DNA from: an uncultured Clostridia bacterium
Lineage (GTDB): Bacteria > Bacillota > Clostridia > Oscillospirales > CAG-272
DNA: 64,000 nt
Assembly: GCA_947626065.1 (NCBI GenBank)
Contig: CANQQT010000005.1
Coordinates: forward strand, 12,252-76,251
Direction: 5' to 3'
The position numbers were made by a program, and so were the translations under genes. Shown here in pieces: positions 16,882 to 25,572 of this stretch; within the stretch, counting starts at the first letter, position 1; each line of letters opens with the position of its first letter. The notes beneath the pieces are model-generated. The model made no database searches, was not told the DNA's origin, and saw only the letters and a list, made by a program, of their open reading frames with translations.

Positions 16882-18435
16882 TCACTTGCCGGAGAGGACG
16901 TATTCATAGGAGTCGACAAGCGCCATCATGCTGGCTTCGATGATGTCGCTTGACACCCCGATGGTGGTATAGGTGGTCTCGCCGTCGGAGCTGTCGATCA
17001 GAACCCTCGTGACGGCGCCGGTGCTCCCGGAATCGATGATCCGGACCTTGTAATCGACGAGCTTCGTCGACGCAAGCTGAGGATAAAAGACGAGGAGCGC
17101 GTTGCGGAGAGCCCGGTCAAGAGCGTTTACCGGCCCGTTTCCGCTGTCGCAGGTCATCTGCGTTTTTCCGTCGACCTCAATTTTGATGATGGCGTTTGAC
17201 TGCTGTTCCCCGTCGGGGGCAGGAAAATCGTCGGTGACCTTGTACATGATCAGATTGAAATGCGATTTCCAGAGGCCGAGGGCCTTTTTGACGAAGAGCT
17301 CAAAGCTCGACTCGGCGCCCTCGTACTGATAGCCGTGGAGCTCCCGCTCCTTCAGCATTTCGGTGATCGTCTTCGTCTTTTCCGACTGCTTCGTAAGCTC
17401 CGGGGCGTATTTCTGAATCTTGGGGAGAACCGTGCCCCGCCCGGCCACCTCGCTGAGGAGGAATTTCCGCTCGTTTCCCACCGCCTCGGGGTCGACGTGC
17501 TCGAAGGAGCGTGGGAGCTTCATCACCCCGTCGACGTGCATTCCCGCCTTGTGGGAAAAGGCACTTTTCCCTACGTAGGGCGTGCTTTTCGGGAGGCGGA
17601 CGTTGGAAATCTCGGCGATGTTCCTCGCCGTCTGCTTGAGGGTTTTCAGATCCACGCCGCTCTCCGCGCCGCATTTCAGCATCAGGTCGGGGATGATGAC
17701 CGAGAGATTGGCGTTACCGCACCGCTCCCCGTAGCCGATGAATGTTCCCTGCACGTGCCGGGCGCCGCTCTTTACCGCCATGACGGTATTGGCGACGGCG
17801 CAGCCGGTGTCGTCGTGGCAGTGGATGCCTATCCTTTGGCCCGGAAAGAGGCGGCAGACCTCCTCCACCGTCTCCGCAATGGCGTCGGGCATCATTCCGC
17901 CCTTGGTATCGCAGAGGCAGAGGCAATCGGCCCCGGCGTCGACCGCTGTACGCAGAACCGAGAGCGCGTAATCGCGGTTCTCCGAATAGCCGTCGAAGAA
18001 ATGCTCGGCGTCGAAAATCAGCTCCTTCCCGAGCGATTTCAGATACCGCACCGTGGAATCGACGATGGCGAGATTGTCCTCAAGCCGAATGCGCAGAATT
18101 TCGGTGACGTGAAGATCCCACGCCTTGCCGAAAATCACCACCGTATCGGTTCCCGCGCCGACAAGCGCGGCAAGGCCGGGATCCTCCTCCGGCCTTTGGC
18201 CGAAGCGGACGGTGCTCCCGAAGGCGCAGATTTTCGCATGGCGCAGAGTCATTCCCCGGATTTCCTCAAAGAAGAGCTGTTCCTTGGGATTGGAGGCGGG
18301 GTTGCCCGCCTCGATGTAATCGACACCGAAATCGTCCAGCGCCTTGACGATGTTGATACGGTCGCGGATCGAGAAGGAAATTCCCTCCGCCTGCGTGCCG
18401 TCCCGAAGGGTGGAATCAAACCATTCGATATTCAT
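16882..18435 (-). CDS. cimA: LeuA-family synthase of the citramalate-synthase type (CimA-like; 2-isopropylmalate synthase activity not excluded)
   Basis: 517 aa. Contains [26 protein letters not shown] and GERCGNANL. The length and N-terminal pattern resemble the roughly 520-530 aa citramalate synthase subgroup rather than classical LeuA. Confidence 0.75.
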   Translation of the reverse strand: MNIEWFDSTLRDGTQAEGISFSIRDRINIVKALDDFGVDYIEAGNPASNPKEQLFFEEIRGMTLRHAKICAFGSTVRFGQRPEEDPGLAALVGAGTDTVVIFGKAWDLHVTEILRIRLEDNLAIVDSTVRYLKSLGKELIFDAEHFFDGYSENRDYALSVLRTAVDAGADCLCLCDTKGGMMPDAIAETVEEVCRLFPGQRIGIHCHDDTGCAVANTVMAVKSGARHVQGTFIGYGERCGNANLSVIIPDLMLKCGAESGVDLKTLKQTARNIAEISNVRLPKSTPYVGKSAFSHKAGMHVDGVMKLPRSFEHVDPEAVGNERKFLLSEVAGRGTVLPKIQKYAPELTKQSEKTKTITEMLKERELHGYQYEGAESSFELFVKKALGLWKSHFNLIMYKVTDDFPAPDGEQQSNAIIKIEVDGKTQMTCDSGNGPVNALDRALRNALLVFYPQLASTKLVDYKVRIIDSGSTGAVTRVLIDSSDGETTYTTIGVSSDIIEASMMALVDSYEYVLSGK

Positions 18436-18585
18436 GCTGTACTCCTTTCCCGCCGCCGTTTTAGAGCGGCGAAGAGGGGCGGCTGACCTGCCCGGCCAAC
18501 CGATGCCATATTTCCGTCACTGCCTGACAGCCGCGCAGGGCGCCCGGCGGAAAGCTCCGTCGGGGCCCCGACACGGCCTGCTTTC

Positions 18586-20247
18586 TCAGCGAACGATCGC
18601 GCCGAGATCCGCCGACGAAACGCTTTCGGCATACCTCTTGATGTATCCCTTCAGGTCGGTTTTCTTTTTGATTTCCGTCGTTTTTCTCCGCTCGGCCAGC
18701 TCCTCGGCGGAGACCTCAAGCTCGATGGAGTAATTCGGAATATCGATGGTAATCCGGTCGCCGTCTCTTACGTAGGCGATGGTGCCGCCGCAGACCGCCT
18801 CCGGCGAAACGTGGCCGATGGAGGCGCCTCTTGTCGCACCGGAAAATCTTCCGTCTGTAATCAGCGCCACCTCTTTATCAAGTCCCATGCCGCAGATGGC
18901 GGAGGTCGGGGAGAGCATCTCCCGCATTCCCGGGCCGCCCGCCGGGCCCTCGTAGCGGATGACCACCACGTCGCCGCTCTTGATTTTTCCGCCGTAGATG
19001 GCGGCGATGGCCTCCTCCTCGCTGTCGAAGACGCGGGCCGGGCCGCTGTGTCTCAGCATTTCCGGCGCGACCGCGCTTCTCTTCACAACGGCGCCGTTCT
19101 CGGCAAGAGAGCCGAAGAGGACGGCGAGTCCTCCCGTCGGCGAATAGGGATTCTCATAGTCGCGGATCACTTCGTTTCCACGCTTTTCGCATCCGGCGAT
19201 ATTCTCCCCTACCGTCTTTCCCGTCACGGTTTTCAGCGAAAGGTCGAGCTTTCCGTGCTTCGCGAGCTCGTTCATCACGGCATAGACGCCGCCGACCTCG
19301 TTCAGCTCCTGCACGTGGTGCTGTCCCGCCGGGGCCAGATGGCAGAGGTTCGGCGTCGCCTCGCTGATGGCGTTGACCTCCCGGAGGTTGAGTGTCACCC
19401 CGGCTTCGTGGGCAATCGCCGTCAGATGGAGCAGGGAGTTTGAGGAACAGCCGAGCGCCATATCGACGGTCAGGGCGTTGACGAAGGCCTTTTCGGTGAG
19501 AATGTCCAGCGGGCGGAGGTTCTCCCTCACAAGGTCGACGGCACGGGCCCCCGCCTGCTTGGCAAGACGGAGCCGGGCCGCGTAGACGGCGGGAATCGTT
19601 CCGTTCCCGCGAAGCGCCATGCCGAGAACCTCGGTCAGGCAGTTCATGGAATTGGCGGTGAACATTCCGGAGCAGGAACCGCAACCGGGGCAGGCGTTCT
19701 CCTCGTAGTAGTTCAGCCGCTCCCCGTCCATCGTCCCGTTCTTATAGGCGCCGACCGCCTCGAAGACGCTGTTCAGATCCATCGCCTCTCCCCGGTCGGA
19801 GCGGAGAGAAAGCATCGGCCCTCCCGAGATGAAGATGGAAGGAAGGTTCAGCCTTGCCGCCGCCATCAGCATTCCCGGCACAATCTTGTCGCAGTTGGGA
19901 ATGAAAACCAGCCCGTCAAAGCCGTGGGCCTTGGCCATGCATTCGATGCTGTCGGCGATCACCTCGCGGGAGGAGAGGGAGTATTTCATTCCCTCATGCC
20001 CCATCGCGATACCGTCGCAAACCCCGATGACGTTGAATTCCATCGGCGTTCCGCCGTTCGACAGGACGCCGTCCTTGGCGGCTCTGGCGATCGACTGAAG
20101 GTGGATGTGGCCGGGGATAACCTCGTTGAAGGAATTAACAATTCCGATAAGAGGCCGGGCAATCTGCTCCTCCGTATAGCCCATCGCCTTCAGCAGTGAG
20201 CGCTGCGGGGCCCTCTCGGGGCCTTTTTTGATGTTGTCGCTTCTCAT
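18586..20247 (-). CDS. ilvD: Dihydroxy-acid dehydratase
   Basis: Starts [24 protein letters not shown]. Contains [13 protein letters not shown] 20247 is preferred over the upstream TTG because it is preceded by AAGGA. Confidence 0.95.
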   Translation of the reverse strand: MRSDNIKKGPERAPQRSLLKAMGYTEEQIARPLIGIVNSFNEVIPGHIHLQSIARAAKDGVLSNGGTPMEFNVIGVCDGIAMGHEGMKYSLSSREVIADSIECMAKAHGFDGLVFIPNCDKIVPGMLMAAARLNLPSIFISGGPMLSLRSDRGEAMDLNSVFEAVGAYKNGTMDGERLNYYEENACPGCGSCSGMFTANSMNCLTEVLGMALRGNGTIPAVYAARLRLAKQAGARAVDLVRENLRPLDILTEKAFVNALTVDMALGCSSNSLLHLTAIAHEAGVTLNLREVNAISEATPNLCHLAPAGQHHVQELNEVGGVYAVMNELAKHGKLDLSLKTVTGKTVGENIAGCEKRGNEVIRDYENPYSPTGGLAVLFGSLAENGAVVKRSAVAPEMLRHSGPARVFDSEEEAIAAIYGGKIKSGDVVVIRYEGPAGGPGMREMLSPTSAICGMGLDKEVALITDGRFSGATRGASIGHVSPEAVCGGTIAYVRDGDRITIDIPNYSIELEVSAEELAERRKTTEIKKKTDLKGYIKRYAESVSSADLGAIVR

Positions 20248-20276
20248 ACCCTGAATTCCTTTCAAAAATCCGAAAA

Positions 20277-21326
<1,050 letters not shown>

Positions 21327-21824
21327 TTATGAATTTGTCAGGCTTTTCGTCCCCCGGTCGAGGGACACAGTGCCTGTTCTGCACAGTTCAAGAATGCCGT
21401 ACTGCTTCATCAGCTCGATAAACGCCTCGATTTTCGAGGTCTCGCCGGTCGCCTCGATGCAGAGCGACTCGGGGGAGAAATCGATGATCTTGTTGCGGAA
21501 AATGTTCACGGCGTCGATGATTTCCTGCCGGTTCGCGGAGGAGGCGGAAACCTTGAGCAGGATCAGCTCCCGCGAGACGATGCTCTCGGGAATCATCTCC
21601 CGGACGACGAGGACGTCGTGGAGCTTTTCGAGCTGCTTCACAATCTGATCCCGGTCATAATCCTCTCCCGTCATGGTAATCGTCATCCGGGAGCGGGTGG
21701 GATCCTCCGTCACGCCGACCTCAAGGCTGTCGATGTTAAAGCCGCGTCGGGCAAACATTCCGGAAATTCTTGTCAGGACGCCCGACTGGTTGACGACCAG
21801 CATTCCGATGGTATATTTTCTCAT
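21327..21824 (-). CDS. ilvN: Acetolactate synthase small (regulatory, ACT-domain) subunit
   Basis: 165 aa. Contains LVVNQSGVLTRISGMFARRGFNIDSL. Confidence 0.9.
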   Translation of the reverse strand: MRKYTIGMLVVNQSGVLTRISGMFARRGFNIDSLEVGVTEDPTRSRMTITMTGEDYDRDQIVKQLEKLHDVLVVREMIPESIVSRELILLKVSASSANRQEIIDAVNIFRNKIIDFSPESLCIEATGETSKIEAFIELMKQYGILELCRTGTVSLDRGTKSLTNS

Positions 21825-21837
21825 TTTCGGTCCCCTT

Positions 21838-23493
21838 TCAGCGAATCACAAGGTCGTTTACCGTGCCCCCCGGAGGGATCATCGGAAGCACGCGCTCGTC
21901 GCGGTCGATCAGGCAGTCGATCACCACCGTGCCGTCGGAGGCAAAGGCCTTTGTCAAGGCCGCATTCAGCTCCTCCTCCGAGGACGCCCGGAAGCCGACC
22001 GCCCCGAAGGCCTCCGCCAGCTTGACGAAATCGGTCTTTCTGTTCAGCACCGTTTCGGAATAGTGGCGGTCGTAGAACATCGTCTGCCACTGCCGCACCA
22101 TCCCCAGAACGCCGTTGTTCATAATCAGAATCACAAGAGGCAGGTTCTGCGAAACGGCGGTGGCAAGCTCGTTCAGATTCATGCCGAAGCTCCCGTCCCC
22201 GGTGATGAGAACCGCCCGGCGGCAAGAGCCGATCGAAGCGCCGATGGCGGCGCCGAGGCCGAAGCCCATCGTACCGAGACCGCCGCTTGAAATGAAGGTG
22301 CGCGGCTTCTCGAAGCGGTAGCGCTGAGCCGTCCACATCTGATGCTGTCCAACGTCGGTGGCAACCGGCGTGTCGGCGTCGGTGAAGCGGTTGACGGCGT
22401 CGATGATGCGGTAGGGGGTAAAGCCCTCGTCCTGCTTCGCCTTGTTTTCCTCTTCATAACGGCGGATGGCGGAAATTTCCTCCCACCACGCGGGGCGGCG
22501 AACCGTCGGAGCCTCTTTCAGAAGCGTGGCGAGGACGTCCTTCACGTTGCCGACGATGCCGAGATCGACGGTAATGTTCTTGTCAATCTCCGCCGAATCG
22601 ACGTCGACGTGAATGATTTTGGCGTTTTTCAGATATTCGTTCTTGTTTCCGGTCGCCCGGTCGCTGAACCGGACGCCGACGGCGATCACAAGGTCAGCGC
22701 GGGACTTGGCCACCGTGGCGGTATAGATGCCGTGCATTCCGACCATGCCGAGCTTGCGCGGGGAGGAGGCCGGAACCGCCGAGAGACCCATCAGGCTGGT
22801 ACCGATCGGGCAGTCGAGAGCCTCGGCAAGTGCCGCCAGCTCCTTTTCGGCTCCCGCCGTCACGACGCCGCCGCCGCAGTAGATGTAGGGCTTCTCCGAT
22901 GCCCGCATCATCTCCCCGGCCTTTGCGATCTGTTCCTCCCCGTAGCGGTTCCGAATGACCGCCTCCGACACAGGAGCGGGGACAAAGTCGCATTCCGCCG
23001 TCTGAACGTCCTTCGGGATATCGACGAGAACCGGGCCGGGACGGCCGGATTTGGCAATCCGGAAGGCCTCCCGGATGGTGTCGGCGAGCTTCGTCACGTC
23101 CTTGACGATGTAATTGTGCTTGACAATCGGCATGGTAATGCCAGTGATATCGACCTCCTGAAAGCTGTCCCTGCCGATCAGACCGCAGGGGACGTTCCCG
23201 GTGAGAAAAACCATCGGGACGGAGTCGAGGTAGGCGTTGGCGATGCCGGTGACCAAATTGGTCGCGCCGGGGCCGGAGGTCGCCATTACGACGCCGACCT
23301 TTCCCGTCGCTCTTGCATAGCCGTCTCCCGCGTGGGCCGCTCCCTGCTCATGTGCCGTCAGCACATGGCGGATGCGGTGAGAATTTTTGTACAGCTCATC
23401 GTAAAGATTGAGAACCTGTCCGCCGGGATATCCGAAAACGACTTCGGTTTTCTGTTCGATGAGGGTTTCGATTACAATCTGTGCTCCTGTCAT
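21838..23493 (-). CDS. ilvB: Acetolactate synthase large subunit
   Basis: Starts MTGAQIVIETLIEQKTEVVFGYPGG. Contains the GGLGTMGFGLGAAIGA ThDP motif. Start at ATG 23493 with an AAAGGGAAGG RBS. Confidence 0.95.
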   Translation of the reverse strand: MTGAQIVIETLIEQKTEVVFGYPGGQVLNLYDELYKNSHRIRHVLTAHEQGAAHAGDGYARATGKVGVVMATSGPGATNLVTGIANAYLDSVPMVFLTGNVPCGLIGRDSFQEVDITGITMPIVKHNYIVKDVTKLADTIREAFRIAKSGRPGPVLVDIPKDVQTAECDFVPAPVSEAVIRNRYGEEQIAKAGEMMRASEKPYIYCGGGVVTAGAEKELAALAEALDCPIGTSLMGLSAVPASSPRKLGMVGMHGIYTATVAKSRADLVIAVGVRFSDRATGNKNEYLKNAKIIHVDVDSAEIDKNITVDLGIVGNVKDVLATLLKEAPTVRRPAWWEEISAIRRYEEENKAKQDEGFTPYRIIDAVNRFTDADTPVATDVGQHQMWTAQRYRFEKPRTFISSGGLGTMGFGLGAAIGASIGSCRRAVLITGDGSFGMNLNELATAVSQNLPLVILIMNNGVLGMVRQWQTMFYDRHYSETVLNRKTDFVKLAEAFGAVGFRASSEEELNAALTKAFASDGTVVIDCLIDRDERVLPMIPPGGTVNDLVIR

Positions 23494-23536
23494 ACCGACC
23501 TTCCCTTTCTGTTTGCCAAAAATCAAAACTGTAACG

Positions 23537-23573
23537 TAAAAAGAGCCTACGGCTATCCTCTGCCATAGGCTCT
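23537..23573 (-). terminator. Leader (attenuator) terminator upstream of ilvB
   Basis: Minus sense reads AGAGCCTATGGC-agaggata-GCCGTAGGCTCT (12 bp including one G-U pair) followed by a U-run, about 45 nt before the ilvB ATG. Confidence 0.75.
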
Positions 23574-23631
23574 GTTGAAGTCATGCTGAACCGCCGCGAC
23601 CATTTTCCGCGAACCGATTGGCTGGGGCGGT

Positions 23632-23760
23632 TTATTTTTCTTCCAAAGCGCTCTGAGCAGGACGAATAGCACTATTACTGCCGGAAACCTCTACTAGGCC
23701 CGATACAATAATAGTGCAAATAATCGCGATCCGGTTTTCAGATGCCTTCGGCGAATACAT
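23632..23760 (-). CDS. Candidate 42-codon ilv leader peptide (Ile-rich)
   Basis: GGAG, then 9 nt, then ATG at 23760. The peptide is MYSPKASENRIAIICTIIVSGLVEVSGSNSAIRPAQSALEEK with stop TAA at 23634..23632. Codons 11-19 are ATC GCG ATT ATT TGC ACT ATT ATT GTA. Confidence 0.55.
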   Translation of the reverse strand: MYSPKASENRIAIICTIIVSGLVEVSGSNSAIRPAQSALEEK

Positions 23761-23793
23761 ACTTTTTAGCTCCGATCTTCGGGATTGTCTTAA

Positions 23794-23822
23794 ATTTTAT
23801 CACTTCCCGGGGCACTTGTCAA
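23794..23822 (-). promoter_or_regulatory. Promoter of the ilv-cimA-leu operon
   Basis: Minus strand reads TTGACA, then 17 nt, then TAAAAT (-35 at 23817..23822, -10 at 23794..23799). Confidence 0.75.
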
Positions 23823-23952
23823 CATTTTTTTGGAACATTTTTTATTTTTTGTTTATCTGCACATCCGACCTCCAGGATACCGCCCGATTTTATTCAAATT
23901 CACCACGCTTTTCGCCTCCCGACACTTTTTTGAAGATTTTTGTAAAAAAGGT

Positions 23953-23981
23953 TTGAAATTTCGGAGAAGATGGTGTATAAT
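23953..23981 (+). promoter_or_regulatory. Promoter of the small Cys-rich protein gene
   Basis: TTGAAA, then 17 nt, then TATAAT. It is divergent from the ilv promoter. Confidence 0.7.
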
Positions 23982-24022
23982 AGAAGGAGACCACTTCGAC
24001 CAACGGAAGGAGGTGCTTTTCC

Positions 24023-24244
24023 GTGTTTGGCAAGGAAAAAAACACCGTACCGGATCTGCCCTGCGTCTGTGAATTCTGCGAGCACGCGGCGCTGATTCAC
24101 GACGAATACAATGTTCTCTGCGAATTTCGCGGAATCGTCAACCGGGAATACCACTGCAAAAAATACGTTTACGATCCCCTCAAGAGGGTTCCCAAAGCCA
24201 TGCCTCCCCTTCCGAAGCTCTCGGAGGAGGATCTGCTTCTCTGA
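24023..24244 (+). CDS. Small (73 aa) Cys-rich hypothetical protein
   Basis: GTG start with GGAAGGAGG 7 nt upstream and its own consensus-like promoter. Contains a C-x-C-x2-C cluster plus two more Cys. I do not recognise a family. Confidence 0.6.
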   Translation: MFGKEKNTVPDLPCVCEFCEHAALIHDEYNVLCEFRGIVNREYHCKKYVYDPLKRVPKAMPPLPKLSEEDLLL

Positions 24245-24489
24245 TCGGCGCTTCGCCGGGCGAGGTGAGGCACGAAGAACCGCGCGAAAACCACCGGACT
24301 TCTTTCAAAATCCCGTTTGCTTTACGTAAAATACAGAAAACCGCCGCTTTCATTTAAAAATCCCGCTTTTTTAAGCCCCGCTTTCATTCCTTGAAAACAG
24401 GGCTTTTTTGCATACGGATTTTCTTTGAAAGCGGGATTCTTTGAAAACGCTTTTCTAAAAGTCAGGGCCTTTGACGGCCCGTTTTCCCG

Positions 24490-25206
24490 TCACTTATCCA
24501 CGAGGTCGGAGTGCATCGCCGGGTTGGCCAGCTGAAAGCTGCATTCGCTCAGGCCCTTGGGCAGAGGACACCACAAAAGCCACGTGGCCATATCGGTTGT
24601 GCCTATTTCGGGGAAGGTATAGCTCATCGTTACGGTGACGGTATTTCCCGACCGGTTCAGCGCGGCGATATCCACCCGCGCCGAGCCGCTCCCCACGGTC
24701 GCGGTGACGAGAAGTAGATCATGCTCCTTGAAAAATTCCCCGTCAAGGCCCTCCCCTTTCAGCTCCTCCGGCAGCTGTGAGACATCCGCTATGCACCGCA
24801 CGCCGGTGCGGGAAACGGTGTATTCGATGCGCTTCCGGCCGGTCGGGCCTCTGTCTACATTGTCGGGGAAGGAGGGATCGCCCAGCGACTCCGGCCCGGT
24901 GGAGATCGGTTCGTCAGGGTCAGGCCGGGGGATGTTTTCCCCATCGGTGTTTCCGTCGTTTTCCCCGTCATTTTCCCCGTCCGGGGACGACGGAGAACCG
25001 CTTCCGGCATCCGAGGAGGGCGCCGCCGTCGCGTCGGAATCCGTCGCAGCGGAAGCCGCCGTTTGCGTATCGGCGGGATCGGCCCCGCCCGAGGCCTCGC
25101 CTATACTCTCCTGACTGCCCAATCCGTCGGCCCATGCGCCGTTTTTTCGATTGGCGCAGCCCGTCAGGCAGAGAATCAGCGCAAAAATCAAAACCGTTTT
25201 TTTCAT
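24490..25206 (-). CDS. Lipoprotein with a low-complexity linker and a C-terminal PrcB_C-like domain (tentative)
   Basis: Starts MKKTVLIFALILCLTGC (lipobox) at ATG 25206 with a GAGGAG RBS. A D/S/G/E/N-rich linker is followed by LLLVTATVGSGSARVDIAALNRSGNTVTVTMSYTFPEIGTTDMATW. Confidence 0.75.
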   Translation of the reverse strand: MKKTVLIFALILCLTGCANRKNGAWADGLGSQESIGEASGGADPADTQTAASAATDSDATAAPSSDAGSGSPSSPDGENDGENDGNTDGENIPRPDPDEPISTGPESLGDPSFPDNVDRGPTGRKRIEYTVSRTGVRCIADVSQLPEELKGEGLDGEFFKEHDLLLVTATVGSGSARVDIAALNRSGNTVTVTMSYTFPEIGTTDMATWLLWCPLPKGLSECSFQLANPAMHSDLVDK

Positions 25207-25230
25207 TCTCTCCTCGGTACCTCCTGTTAG

Positions 25231-25418
25231 GAAATTTGCCGCTTTCGAGACCCGGCGCGTGAAAATCTTCTCCCGTTGCACCGCACTTTCCGAAATTTTC
25301 TTGCCGTCGCGCCGGGTCTGTCAAAAATCTCTCGCCGTCGTACGGGTGTGTCGAAAATTTTCTTACCGCTTCACACAGCACTTGTAAAAATTCCCTTTAA
25401 CCGTTGCGGCCCGGCTTT
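25231..25418. repeat. Six direct repeats with a period of about 31 nt (GAAAWTYTYY..CCG..)
   Basis: Unit starts are at 25231, 25261, 25292, 25323, 25353 and 25386. A further copy starts at 25458. Confidence 0.7.
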
Positions 25419-25572
25419 TGCCGGGCCGCAAGTAGTTTCGGAGACGTTTCCCGTCGTGAAATTTCCTTCCGGATTTTTCACGTCGGGCGTTCGGTTCCGG
25501 ATTTAACGCCGTGCGGTTCGTGCGCACAATTTGGGCGCACAGTCTGTGCTCACAGTTTATGTTAAACCGTTG

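Noticed and set aside
12493-16943. Very long plus-strand ORFs in the track (739 aa at 12493..14712 and 707 aa at 14820..16943).
   Set aside because: They lie exactly antisense to ilvE/leuB and leuD/leuC, which have unmistakable enzyme motifs. Their translations are Arg/Gly/Ala-rich low-complexity strings with no RBS or known motifs. This is the typical stop-codon-poor antisense frame of GC-rich genes.
23573-23790. T-box riboswitch in the ilvB leader, which would be the expectation for a Firmicute ilv-leu operon.
   Set aside because: By eye I could not find the conserved T-box core, a Stem I K-turn/AG-bulge/distal-loop set, or an antiterminator bulge. AATGGTCGCGGCGG is only a weak resemblance. 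The Ile-rich leader ORF is a better explanation. A covariance-model search is still needed.
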